Below, piece by piece: positions 1-8,272 of a stretch of 64,000 nucleotides of DNA. A program made the position numbers and the translations under genes. The stretch is from the IMG/VR virus record IMGVR_UViG_3300031964_000018; one strand, 5' to 3'. Numbering within the stretch: the stretch's first letter is position 1; each line of letters opens with the position of its first letter. Under the pieces are notes generated by a model, which worked only from the letters and a program-made list of their open reading frames with translations, did not search any database and was not told where the DNA came from. Source of the stretch: a virus.

Positions 1-126
1 CTGCACTCCCTGCACTCCCTGCACTCCCTGCACTCCCTGCACTCCCTGCACTCCCTGCACTCCCTGCACTCCCTGCACTCCCTGCACTCCCTGCACTCCC
101 TGCACTCCCTGCACTCCCTGCACTCC
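1..126. repeat. Perfect tandem array of the 9-bp unit CTGCACTCC, 14 copies, truncated by the window edge
   Basis: Read directly. The unit repeats without mismatch from nt 1 to 126 and is followed by CCTAATAG. It abuts the stop codon (128-130) of minus-strand ORF 128-427. All frames are open across the array. Confidence 0.95.
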
Positions 127-127
127 C

Positions 128-427
128 CTAATAGATCGGACGTATCACTCTGCGCTGGCGCGAGCCAATTTGCGCCGTACCATCCGCATCTAGCACTGGA
201 GTGAATTCTTTGCGATCGGCCATATCGTAATAAGCCTTATCGTCCGCAGCGAATTGAGCGCGCGCATTAGCCTCATACTCTTCCGGAGTCGCTAACCCTT
301 GCGCCTTCCGCTTGCGCGCCATCTCTCTTGAGATCTTTCGCGTGATCTTGCCACCCTTTGCCAGGTAAGAGCCAGTAAGGATACTCAACTCGGCGCGCAT
401 TTCGGCCTTGGTGATGGTGGGCTGCAT
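128..427 (-). CDS. Hypothetical protein (99 aa), first gene downstream of the promoter/terminator module at 454-590
   Basis: Internal ATG ([10 protein letters not shown]...) of track ORF 128-532. The longer form would be translated through the terminator hairpin at 454-486, so the shorter start is preferred. Confidence 0.55.
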   Translation of the reverse strand: MQPTITKAEMRAELSILTGSYLAKGGKITRKISREMARKRKAQGLATPEEYEANARAQFAADDKAYYDMADRKEFTPVLDADGTAQIGSRQRRVIRPIY

Positions 428-453
428 TGGGTGGACCTGTACTGTGGGACATG

Positions 454-486
454 AAAAAACCCGCCGCGGATTTGTCCGGGGCGGGT
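454..486 (-). terminator. Rho-independent terminator (minus strand) in the leader of ORF 128-427
   Basis: Minus-strand hairpin ACCCGCCCCGGA-CAAA-TCCGCGGCGGGT (11 bp, one mismatch, tetraloop) followed by TTTTTT. Confidence 0.8.
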
Positions 487-546
487 TCGAATTGGGTGAA
501 GAATCGCTGGTGCGTCTTGTTTTCTGACGCACTCCTCATCTCACGG

Positions 547-590
547 ATAATCTCACCTTCCATCCTTCGTGTCAATAGGTAGGTAGGTAA
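547..590 (-). promoter_or_regulatory. Sigma70-like promoter TTGACA-N17-GATTAT (minus strand) preceded by a (TACC)3 repeat
   Basis: The minus strand reads TTACCTACCTACCTA-TTGACA-CGAAGGATGGAAGGTGA-GATTAT. The -35 is at 570-575, the -10 at 547-552 and the TAGG/TACC repeat at 576-590. The same TTGACACGAAGG core recurs at 32675-32686. Confidence 0.6.
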
Positions 591-597
591 CCCTTAC

Positions 598-1161
598 CTA
601 CATGGCCAAACCATACACCTTGGCCAACGTCTCCAGGCACTCCCGGAACCGGCGACCGAAATACAATTCCCAGCTTTCGCCCTTCAGTCCACGCCTGCCT
701 GCCACCTGTGCCATGCTAAAACCGCCTACGAGGACGTCCTGGGCGATCCTGGCTCCCTCCTCACCCATCCTACGGTCTGCCTTCGTTAGCCTACCTACCG
801 CCTTCGCCTGGGCGTCTGTGATGCCTTCTGGCGCCAACCCTCCGGAAACGTATTCCTTTGCCGGGTCGATTGCCTTCGGACCACGCTCTGCCTTCTCCCA
901 ATCCCGCTGATAGGCCCGGCCGCCCTCGTATTGCGCGTCGTCGATGTATTTCCGCGCGTGCTGCTGCGCCAATGGGTCCGACCGAAGGCTGCGGACTACC
1001 CACACCTTGTCGCCGGGATTGACCGGCATCGGGTCGTCTATCTCGAACGTATCCACGATGGCATCCTTGGGCAGCTCGGTTGCCCTGCGATCGTGAGTCG
1101 CTGGTGCCATATCAGTTGCAGGGTTGAACGGTTTTCGAAGTTTCTTGTTTGCCTTAGCCAT
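598..1161 (-). CDS. Hypothetical protein (187 aa) with a C-terminal HTH-like segment; candidate late-gene regulator by position
   Basis: Track ORF. ATGA overlap with the upstream ORF at 1161. The C-terminal segment ARIAQDVLVGGFSMAQVAGRRG looks like a helix-turn-helix. The gene lies immediately upstream of the promoter/terminator module. Function is inference only. Confidence 0.6.
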   Translation of the reverse strand: MAKANKKLRKPFNPATDMAPATHDRRATELPKDAIVDTFEIDDPMPVNPGDKVWVVRSLRSDPLAQQHARKYIDDAQYEGGRAYQRDWEKAERGPKAIDPAKEYVSGGLAPEGITDAQAKAVGRLTKADRRMGEEGARIAQDVLVGGFSMAQVAGRRGLKGESWELYFGRRFRECLETLAKVYGLAM

Positions 1162-1676
1162 TAGGTCGATTCCCCTTCGTATTTCCTGATTATCTCTGCA
1201 CCTGGGAAGAGCTTCTTGATCTCGCCGATTCCCTTGATGGCTTCGACGCTACCGACCATCACCGCCACCTCGTCCGGCGTCATGCAGATGACGTCCTCGC
1301 CGTGCAGCTCCTGAACCCTACCGACTATCCCCTTGTGGTGGCCGATCGCTACCTTGCATCCGGTGACCGGGTCCGAACCTAACTGGTAGGCATCGTCCGG
1401 AACGGGTTGGTTATCCCCGCCGGTATCCATGACCCTGACGGCAGCCGCATATCCGCGGCACAAGCCGGCGCCCTGGGTGGCGATGTCCTCGACGGTCCCC
1501 TTGATGCATGCCCGGTCGAAGATCTCGACCTGTTCGTGGAGCATCCGAGCCAAGGCCGGGTCCACCCTTCTCAACGCCAGATCCGTCCATCGCCGTTCGA
1601 ACGTTAGGGCCGCATCGGCCACAACCGCAGTCCACCTGTTTAACTCTGTGGTTGCATCCTTTTGCGGGCCCCTCAT
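1161..1676 (-). CDS. Hypothetical protein (171 aa)
   Basis: Track ORF in the minus-strand operon. Start and stop overlap both neighbours. Confidence 0.7.
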   Translation of the reverse strand: MRGPQKDATTELNRWTAVVADAALTFERRWTDLALRRVDPALARMLHEQVEIFDRACIKGTVEDIATQGAGLCRGYAAAVRVMDTGGDNQPVPDDAYQLGSDPVTGCKVAIGHHKGIVGRVQELHGEDVICMTPDEVAVMVGSVEAIKGIGEIKKLFPGAEIIRKYEGEST

Positions 1677-1858
1677 GACAGGGTTCCGTGTTCGCCGACG
1701 CAGTGGTGCTGATGCCCCACCTGTGCGCGCGATGACAGTGCGCGCCCTATTACGCTATTACTCTCTCTATAAAGACCACTTTCTCTTACCATTTTACCTT
1801 CTTCTCTCTCTTTAGGGATTCTACGGCTAAATAAGGATTCAAGTGTCATGACAGTCAT
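1673..1858 (-). CDS. Small basic hypothetical protein (61 aa)
   Basis: Track ORF. Its ATG overlaps the primase stop (TGATG) and its stop overlaps the next ATG (ATGA). GC3 is low because it spans a polypurine tract. Confidence 0.4.
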   Translation of the reverse strand: MTVMTLESLFSRRIPKEREEGKMVRESGLYRESNSVIGRALSSRAQVGHQHHCVGEHGTLS

Positions 1859-4674
1859 CAGAAGACAGGAATGCTAAGGTCTTCAACGACTTGACTGACG
1901 ATGACACCTTCCGATGACACTTGTTTTGTAAGTGTCATTTGGGGGGGTAGTGTCATGCGCGGTGCGCGACGGTCCGCAGCGGTGCGCACGGCCTCCGAGA
2001 CCCCCCGCAACTGCCGATGTTGCATGCCTTTGATGACCCCTTTTTGGAGCCATTCCGTCGAGATCTGGGTGTTCACCTGTCCCTTCGGATCGGTTGTATT
2101 TGCCGTCTTGCCCTCGAGGATCCGGCTCTCATAGCCGGCCTTGTGATGGGCCAATCCGGTCTCGTTCAGCACGATCCCGCAGTAGTAGCGGCGCCGTGCA
2201 TCCCGCAGTTCCGTTGAGCTGACAGCGATCATCGGGTCCGCCATAGCGGTCAGACTCTTCCCGATCGAATCGTTGCTAGGCACGCCACGATTCTCGCCTT
2301 TGTTCTGCAGCCACCAATCTGCGAACGCCAAGCTGAAGTCTGGGCTCGAGATCTTTCGATCCATGTCATAGGTGATGCAATCCTCCATGAAGCCGGCGAC
2401 CAGGTTGGAATCCTTCCGGATCTCCTCAGTGGCCTCGATCATCTCGTCTGTCATGGCAATGAATCCCCTTTTCAATGCGCGCGCAGCCCCTTCTAGTGCC
2501 CATGTGAGCAGCCCTGGCATCTCATTCGCCAGAACCAGCGACGACGGCTTGCCTACGCCCAGACGGTCCGCCTCCTTCGCCGTCCCGACTAGCTCGTCGG
2601 GAAAGAATTCCCGCTTGCACAGGATCACGATCAGCCGATTGACAATGGCCTTCGTGGCTTCTTTGAACTGCGGCGGATGATTGGTGCCCCAGAAGATCGG
2701 CGACGTAATACGGACCGACAGCATGGGCCCGTTCTTGACGTTGACGCTGATCGGCTCACCGGTGACGATGGCCTTGACCGCCGAACTAAAGTGCCACTTC
2801 CGTTGGTCGAAGGCTTCATGCAAAACCCATGGCCGCCGCTTCAGGAATCCCATCATGCCGTGCGGGCCTTCGAGTGACTCGATCGGCGTGGCATTCTGTT
2901 CACTGCCAAAGAACCCGCCGAGCACCTCGAGCAGACCGGATTTACCGAAGTTGGAGCCGCCCTGGAAGATCAGAGCCTTGGACAACTCCCGCGGCTTATT
3001 GTCGACCAAGCCGGCGCCGAGCACCTCCTGGATAACGCCAATGATCTGAGCTCGCTCATCCGGATGACGATCCGAGAAGCAATCCTCCAGCATCTGCAGC
3101 CACCATGGGCACTTCGCTTCAGGGTCGTATTTGGTCTCGATCCGCCATGTGACATAGTGCTCCGGAACGATCTCCGTCACTTCCATGGTGCGCGGATCGA
3201 TCAGGCCGTTGCGGGTGGGGATGAGGCCATGGCTATCCCAGTCAACGCTCTCTCTACGCAAATGCTTCTGACGCAGGATCCAGTTGCGCGTTTCATTGAC
3301 CAGCTTCAGGTTGGCTGAAATACCAAACTGATCGGCCGCGGCTTGGACTTCCGTATTTATCCAGGCGCCGATGTCCTCCGCAATCGTCCAGATGCCGTCT
3401 GCGTACATCCAGTTTTGCTTCGGAAGAAACAGTAGTCTCCGACCACTCTCATGAAGGACTCCAAGAATGGCATCGCCGATCCGCTCGAACTGGGTTTTCT
3501 CTCCGTTTGTGTCCTTTGGTTTCTTTGGTTTCGGTTCGCCCTTGGCTGCGGCTTTGGCTTGCTCGACCGTTTCTACCCTACCTGGCGCTGCCGCGGTGGC
3601 CTTCTTCGTCGGCACCTCCGAAGCCTGTTCTTTCGCTCGAGTCTCCGCGATAGGCGTGTACTTCTTGAGCCATGTGTCGCACATGCCTCGGATCGTCTTC
3701 TCTTCCTTCTGCCAGTTCCATCGCTTGCCGTAATCGCCGGCCGCCGCCTTGGTAGCTGCCAAAACCAGGCTGACCGTTTCCTCTATGGTCCGCCCGGCAT
3801 TGAGCATGCTGCCGGTCACAGCCAATTGCGTGGTATGGACTGCAGCGTCGCCGCCCATCATGTAGCCCATGGCATCGAGCCGCTTCTCGACGTCGACCGA
3901 CGGCTTCCATCCGCCGCCGTTCGCGATGGCATAGTCCAGATACGGATTGCTCTCGCCGGACATCTCAGACACGGTCCGGCCGCGCTCGCGTTCCTTGCGC
4001 AAGATCACCGGGGAAGTTTCAGCTAACCATTCCTCGAGATCCTCGAGGTGGTAGAGTTTTAGTTGAGTTTTTCCGGTGATATCGAACAAATCTACTGGGT
4101 GGGAAACTATAACTTCCTTATTCTCACCGCGTTTCGTGTTGTGTGTGCCCGGCAACCTCAACAGCCTTGCAATCTCACAGACCGAATGATCGCCGCCGAC
4201 GAGATCCGCCAATAGCTTGAGATCCGCTTCGATACGGTCCATCTCGCCGAGCGCACCGGCCGGATTGGTGATGACCTCAGTCAGCATCCAGATGCCGTGA
4301 ACGCCGTTGCCACTCCTGACCATGATGGACGGCGGATACTTCAACGTCTTGAGCTTACGTTCTACATCCTCAAGACTATCCTCAATGTCCTTCAGGTCGA
4401 TGTCCGCGAATAGAAACGCGATCTCGTCGACCTGGATCTTGTTGCGTGCCTTTGATCCTGGCTTCAGCGTGCCGGCAGAATAAAACAGGCCGCGGTCGGG
4501 CCCGTCCCATTTCGCAATGAACGCCTCGATGTCCTTTACTTCGCGCGTGTCCAGCTTCCGGAACGGATGGACGCCATCGCGCTCGTTACCAAGACTGCAG
4601 AAGTGGACAGGGGAGGAAGTGCTCGGACCGAATACTGCCTTGATGAAGTCGATTGCTATTTTTGTCATGGGCAT
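1858..4674 (-). CDS. Bifunctional prim-pol primase / SF3 (P4-D5 type) helicase, 938 aa
   Basis: The N-terminal region has prim-pol-like motifs (FADIDLKD, RSGNGVHGIW). The C-terminal half has a Walker A motif GGSNFGKSG in a D5/P4 primase-helicase-like context. Confidence 0.85.
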   Translation of the reverse strand: MPMTKIAIDFIKAVFGPSTSSPVHFCSLGNERDGVHPFRKLDTREVKDIEAFIAKWDGPDRGLFYSAGTLKPGSKARNKIQVDEIAFLFADIDLKDIEDSLEDVERKLKTLKYPPSIMVRSGNGVHGIWMLTEVITNPAGALGEMDRIEADLKLLADLVGGDHSVCEIARLLRLPGTHNTKRGENKEVIVSHPVDLFDITGKTQLKLYHLEDLEEWLAETSPVILRKERERGRTVSEMSGESNPYLDYAIANGGGWKPSVDVEKRLDAMGYMMGGDAAVHTTQLAVTGSMLNAGRTIEETVSLVLAATKAAAGDYGKRWNWQKEEKTIRGMCDTWLKKYTPIAETRAKEQASEVPTKKATAAAPGRVETVEQAKAAAKGEPKPKKPKDTNGEKTQFERIGDAILGVLHESGRRLLFLPKQNWMYADGIWTIAEDIGAWINTEVQAAADQFGISANLKLVNETRNWILRQKHLRRESVDWDSHGLIPTRNGLIDPRTMEVTEIVPEHYVTWRIETKYDPEAKCPWWLQMLEDCFSDRHPDERAQIIGVIQEVLGAGLVDNKPRELSKALIFQGGSNFGKSGLLEVLGGFFGSEQNATPIESLEGPHGMMGFLKRRPWVLHEAFDQRKWHFSSAVKAIVTGEPISVNVKNGPMLSVRITSPIFWGTNHPPQFKEATKAIVNRLIVILCKREFFPDELVGTAKEADRLGVGKPSSLVLANEMPGLLTWALEGAARALKRGFIAMTDEMIEATEEIRKDSNLVAGFMEDCITYDMDRKISSPDFSLAFADWWLQNKGENRGVPSNDSIGKSLTAMADPMIAVSSTELRDARRRYYCGIVLNETGLAHHKAGYESRILEGKTANTTDPKGQVNTQISTEWLQKGVIKGMQHRQLRGVSEAVRTAADRRAPRMTLPPQMTLTKQVSSEGVIVSQVVEDLSIPVF

Positions 4675-4700
4675 CCGGGTGTGATGGGTGTATTCAGAAA

Positions 4701-4782
4701 GGGCCCGCCCAGGGCGTGATGGCCCCAGGCGGGTAGTTTGGTTTCAACAGTTAGCTCCTGCAAAGATCTCGACTGTTGAAAC
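4701..4782 (-). promoter_or_regulatory. Two strong hairpins between ORF 4803-5537 and the primase gene (possible attenuator or terminator)
   Basis: A perfect 11-bp inverted repeat GTTTCAACAGT/ACTGTTGAAAC lies at 4741-4751 and 4772-4782. On the minus strand a second hairpin CCCGCCTGGGGC-CATCAC-GCCCTGGGCGGG is followed by CCCTTTCT (about 4701-4735). Confidence 0.4.
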
Positions 4783-4802
4783 TGGAGGGTAGAGGACTGT
4801 TC

Positions 4803-5537
4803 TTAGAAGCGCGGTCGCTCGGTGGTGGAGGAAGCTTCGGCTCCTCCACCATTCTTCGCATCGGCCATGCCTTGGATCTGGCGGGCCGCTTCCTTGGTGG
4901 TGTCCGCGGACTCGCTGGGCTCGACACCATCGAACTCGGCTTGATCCACCCAGCCAATGATCTTGAACTCAGGCACCTTGATCTTGCCGTAGGCCGGATC
5001 CTTGTGCTTGTAGCTGTCGACCGCCAGCGTGATGATCGGAAGCTTGCCGGGATTCATCCGACGCTTCTGGCCGAACGAAGTGACAAGCTTGGTGATCGCA
5101 CCGCGACCGCCGGCCGAGTTGGTGACGAACGTGTAGAGTTCGTCATCCGTGGTGTCCTTCAGCACGAGGTATTGAGTCTCCTGCCAGACGTCCATCGGCT
5201 TGCCGTCCTTGTCGGTCGGCCATTCGGACTTGTCGTCGAAACCCAGCGTGTCGCGCTTCTGCGGACGATGGCCCTCAACAATGAGTCCCATGATGGTCTC
5301 GGCCGGCTTCTGATCTTCCCAGCGGATCCAGCCGACCAAGATGTTCGGCATGCTGGCAATGTATTTGCCGCCCGCCTCGATCTCATTGTCGCCGACCGAG
5401 TAGTCGCCCTTAGAGAACTTGAGCATCTTGCCAACGATGTTGGAAGAGTTCTCGCGCCCATAGGCCGAATACGGATCGTAGTTGTCGTCCTGAGTAGCCA
5501 CAGCTCCGCCGTGACCTGAAGTGGTCATATCGTTCAT
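4803..5537 (-). CDS. Hypothetical protein (244 aa); possible ssDNA-binding or recombination partner of the adjacent exonuclease (synteny only)
   Basis: Track ORF with an acidic C-terminal tail. It sits between the primase and the MazG / Cas4-like nuclease genes. No motif was recognised. Confidence 0.6.
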   Translation of the reverse strand: MNDMTTSGHGGAVATQDDNYDPYSAYGRENSSNIVGKMLKFSKGDYSVGDNEIEAGGKYIASMPNILVGWIRWEDQKPAETIMGLIVEGHRPQKRDTLGFDDKSEWPTDKDGKPMDVWQETQYLVLKDTTDDELYTFVTNSAGGRGAITKLVTSFGQKRRMNPGKLPIITLAVDSYKHKDPAYGKIKVPEFKIIGWVDQAEFDGVEPSESADTTKEAARQIQGMADAKNGGGAEASSTTERPRF

Positions 5538-5649
5538 TCTGCTATTTGCTTTCTTTTGTTTTCGCCGAGAGAAAAGCCTGTTCGGCGCGTATCCCAGCCG
5601 GGATGGCTGGAATTAGTTTTGCATAATGGCGGCTACCTTTTGCTGCCAG

Positions 5650-6027
5650 TCATGCAGTGTTCTTGCGAGAACGCGAGATACCATCCTGTGCGATTGCGTC
5701 GTGCTGGGTGAAACCGTTGGGATATCGCTTGCGAAGCTTGACGACGTTGGCCTCGATCACGTCTTCCAGGCCGACCTTCATCATGATCATCAGCATCATA
5801 AAGTAATGGAACGTATCGCCCATCTCCTCGATGACTTCGTCGCGGTTGATCTCGCGGCCATAGACCCAGTGCTTCTTCATGTGGTCGAGCACTTCGGCGC
5901 TTTCCCCAGCCAAACCGACGGCGGCATGAAGAAATCCGTCGGGACCTGAATTTTTTTCCTGAAACAGATGGTCGACGAAGGCTCTGAAGTCCACCAGCAT
6001 GGAATTCATCTCGTTCTCAATCGGCAT
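5650..6027 (-). CDS. mazG: MazG-like nucleotide pyrophosphohydrolase (125 aa)
   Basis: All-alpha NTP-PPase signature (GLAGESAEVLDHMKK...EEMGDTFHYFMML). The internal ATG at 6027 is preceded by AAAGGAGGT and overlaps the 3' end of the upstream gene by 11 nt. Confidence 0.8.
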   Translation of the reverse strand: MPIENEMNSMLVDFRAFVDHLFQEKNSGPDGFLHAAVGLAGESAEVLDHMKKHWVYGREINRDEVIEEMGDTFHYFMMLMIMMKVGLEDVIEANVVKLRKRYPNGFTQHDAIAQDGISRSRKNTA

Positions 6028-7093
6028 TCGCACCTCCTTTTGCTGTGGATACGGTGAAGCGATCAGTCTGATCTCCCACTTCGACAAATTGTTCGATATC
6101 GATTCCAGCCGCCTTGGCCGCGGCTTGGATTGCTTTGTTGTTGTATGTTTTTTTGCCCTTGACGCTCGACCACGACACCACGCCAGGAACTTTCCGGATG
6201 TTCTTTTCCCTCAATCGATCCTTGAGGGCCTGCTTGAGCGTGCGGAGTTTGGTTTCGTCCTTACCTACGGTCGCCTCTAACGCCGCGATCTCTCGCGCCA
6301 TATCGGCAAACTCTGCAGCTAACTGGGGATCGACGTCCTTCTCAGGGTGCGTCGGGACAGAAATCCGAACCACGCCGCACGCCCCGGTGAAGGGGCAATA
6401 CTCACAATCCTTGCCGCCAGAGAGATAGCCCTCGGGCTCCAGATCCTTGGCACTTGTTGCCGTCATGACCTGGGTGGCGCGAATTTTCGCAACCGCGTAA
6501 ATCGCAGGATCGAACTTGATGGGGAATTCGGTAATCTGATCCCAGAAGCTTGCGTCCGTGTAGGACAGCAGCGAGTAACCTGGTTTGTAAGGAGTCAGCT
6601 CGCGGACTATGCCCATCTGAACGTGAGTCTGAAAGATGTTTATTGGCTTTGCTTCAATTAAATTTGCCCTGGGGTCGATCGTCTTGGATTCTGCCATGAT
6701 GCAGTCGCCCTCGATGTCGGCAACTCCATTGTCCTTGAGGAAGTCCCGCGGCAAATCAATCAGCATGCCGTCCGGTGTTGCACTCAGGAAACCGGTCACA
6801 AACGACTGCTGATCTGGGCCAGACAGCAGCAGCTTGTCGCCGTACTTGGCCTTCATCGCTGGTGCCCAGAAGTGATTCTCCATCAGGGTGCCGCGCAGTT
6901 TGGCGCCCCAACCGTCCACGTAGTCGGAATCACGTACGACACCGAAACGAGGGTCGTTCTCGTTCTTGGTGTAATAGGTCTTCCGTATACAGCCGCCGAC
7001 CTCGGACGCCCCGACGGTCTGGGTGCGATCATGGGCCCACTCGCGATCGAGAGTAGCGGCGTAGGCGTTCATGGCATCCTTGACGACGCTCAT
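6017..7093 (-). CDS. PD-(D/E)XK exonuclease of the Cas4/AddB type with an Fe-S cysteine cluster (358 aa)
   Basis: One N-terminal Cys (GGCIRKTYY) plus C-terminal CEYCPFTGAC (C-x2-C-x5-C), with acidic/Lys nuclease motifs in between (MAESKTID). Confidence 0.75.
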   Translation of the reverse strand: MSVVKDAMNAYAATLDREWAHDRTQTVGASEVGGCIRKTYYTKNENDPRFGVVRDSDYVDGWGAKLRGTLMENHFWAPAMKAKYGDKLLLSGPDQQSFVTGFLSATPDGMLIDLPRDFLKDNGVADIEGDCIMAESKTIDPRANLIEAKPINIFQTHVQMGIVRELTPYKPGYSLLSYTDASFWDQITEFPIKFDPAIYAVAKIRATQVMTATSAKDLEPEGYLSGGKDCEYCPFTGACGVVRISVPTHPEKDVDPQLAAEFADMAREIAALEATVGKDETKLRTLKQALKDRLREKNIRKVPGVVSWSSVKGKKTYNNKAIQAAAKAAGIDIEQFVEVGDQTDRFTVSTAKGGANAD

Positions 7094-7296
7094 GACAAAG
7101 CCTTCGTGATTCTTGCGAGGAGATCCCGTGTGTTAGAACCATGCTGTCCAGAGTAGTCTTCCGCCACATACTCCAGTGCATCTATCACCTCTCGACGAGT
7201 CAAAGTCTCATCGAGCCGCTCTTCGTACGCGGCTGCGCGCCTGACTCGTTCATCAAAGTCCTGCTGTTCTGGTGTGCGTGTGTCTTTCTTGCTCAT
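7090..7296 (-). CDS. Hypothetical protein (68 aa)
   Basis: Track ORF with ATGA-type overlaps at both neighbours. Confidence 0.6.
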   Translation of the reverse strand: MSKKDTRTPEQQDFDERVRRAAAYEERLDETLTRREVIDALEYVAEDYSGQHGSNTRDLLARITKALS

Positions 7297-7619
7297 AGGT
7301 TTCCAACTCCTGTTAAAATCTTCCTGATCACCAGGTACGCATTAGGTGGTTCGCCCATCAGGGAGTCGTCGAACGGAGCCAGACCTGCCTCCTCCCGAAG
7401 TTTGATGATGGTGTTGTCAATCAATCGCAGCGCGTCGTTCTTGGCTCGCTGATCGGTCTCGGACAGCCACACGGAATCCTTGACGGCATCGATGAGGATG
7501 CCGGCATCGTTCAGTGTCATCTGGTCGAGGAACTTGCACAGCTTCTGGAAGTGCTCCGCGTGCGGGCCCTCCAACAGCTTCTTGCGTTCCAACACGAGCC
7601 CCTTCTGATAGAGGTTCAT
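7293..7619 (-). CDS. Hypothetical protein (108 aa from the ATG; the frame stays open and protein-like up to 7802, see findings)
   Basis: Track ORF. Sixty-one further in-frame sense codons upstream lack any ATG, GTG or TTG. Confidence 0.65.
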   Translation of the reverse strand: MNLYQKGLVLERKKLLEGPHAEHFQKLCKFLDQMTLNDAGILIDAVKDSVWLSETDQRAKNDALRLIDNTIIKLREEAGLAPFDDSLMGEPPNAYLVIRKILTGVGNL

Positions 7620-7798
7620 TTGGAGGTGCTTCTCGCGTTCGGCCCGCTCTTGAGGCGTACCGATATCAATGGTGTGCTCGGTCTTGGAACGCTCGATCAG
7701 TCTGGCTTCACGACGTGCAGCCGACTTCTCAATCGATTCGATCTGAGCCTTCGATGGTCCGTAGTCCAGGTAAGGATCTACGTCGCCTGTGGGCAGGC

Positions 7799-8272
7799 TC
7801 AGAAATGCGCTCCAGCCGGATGAGTGTTCGCATACACGCGATACTCATTCTCCTCATCGAGTTCCTGGCCTTCGTGGACCATGAACTCTTCTCTCAAGGC
7901 ATCCCATCCGGTGAGGATGATCAGTGCCTCTTTGACACTTTTGGCCATCGCCCAGAAATGATCCAAAGCCAGAACCTTGTCGCGGAATCGTTCCTGCTCC
8001 GGAAGTAATCGCCCCTTCGCATTCTTCATCTCGAGCCAGCCGATGCGGCCATGATCGAGTGTAACGAACAGATCCGGAGTGCCGGCCTTCACGCCTTCCG
8101 CCTTCAGCTTGATGGCCACGCTCTTCTTCCTCAGGCCACCATTCGGAATCGCCCGACATTCCAACTCGGGCCGCAGACCGTATTCGAGATAGTTCATCAG
8201 GTTGACTTGTATGGTGTGTTCGGACGGTCCCTTTTCTTTAGGGGCCGTCCGCCGTTTCTTGATCAACTTCAT
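7799..8272 (-). CDS. VRR-NUC domain nuclease (157 aa)
   Basis: Motifs IPNGG...GTPDLFV...WLEMKNAKGRL are typical of VRR-NUC PD-(D/E)XK nucleases. Confidence 0.8.
   Translation of the reverse strand: MKLIKKRRTAPKEKGPSEHTIQVNLMNYLEYGLRPELECRAIPNGGLRKKSVAIKLKAEGVKAGTPDLFVTLDHGRIGWLEMKNAKGRLLPEQERFRDKVLALDHFWAMAKSVKEALIILTGWDALREEFMVHEGQELDEENEYRVYANTHPAGAHF

Noticed and set aside
1-126. The 9-bp repeat array as a CRISPR array
   Set aside because: The units are contiguous with no spacers, and 9 bp is far too short for a CRISPR repeat. No cas genes are present.
470-500. A GGGTTCGAATTGG sequence resembling a tRNA T-arm
   Set aside because: The flanking bases do not form a T-stem or an acceptor stem. 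The sequence is the 3' arm and flank of the terminator hairpin.
4776-5519. A 247-aa plus-strand ORF
   Set aside because: It mirrors minus-strand ORF 4803-5537, which fits the operon and has overlapping or adjacent neighbours. The plus-strand product is Leu/Arg/Gly-rich.
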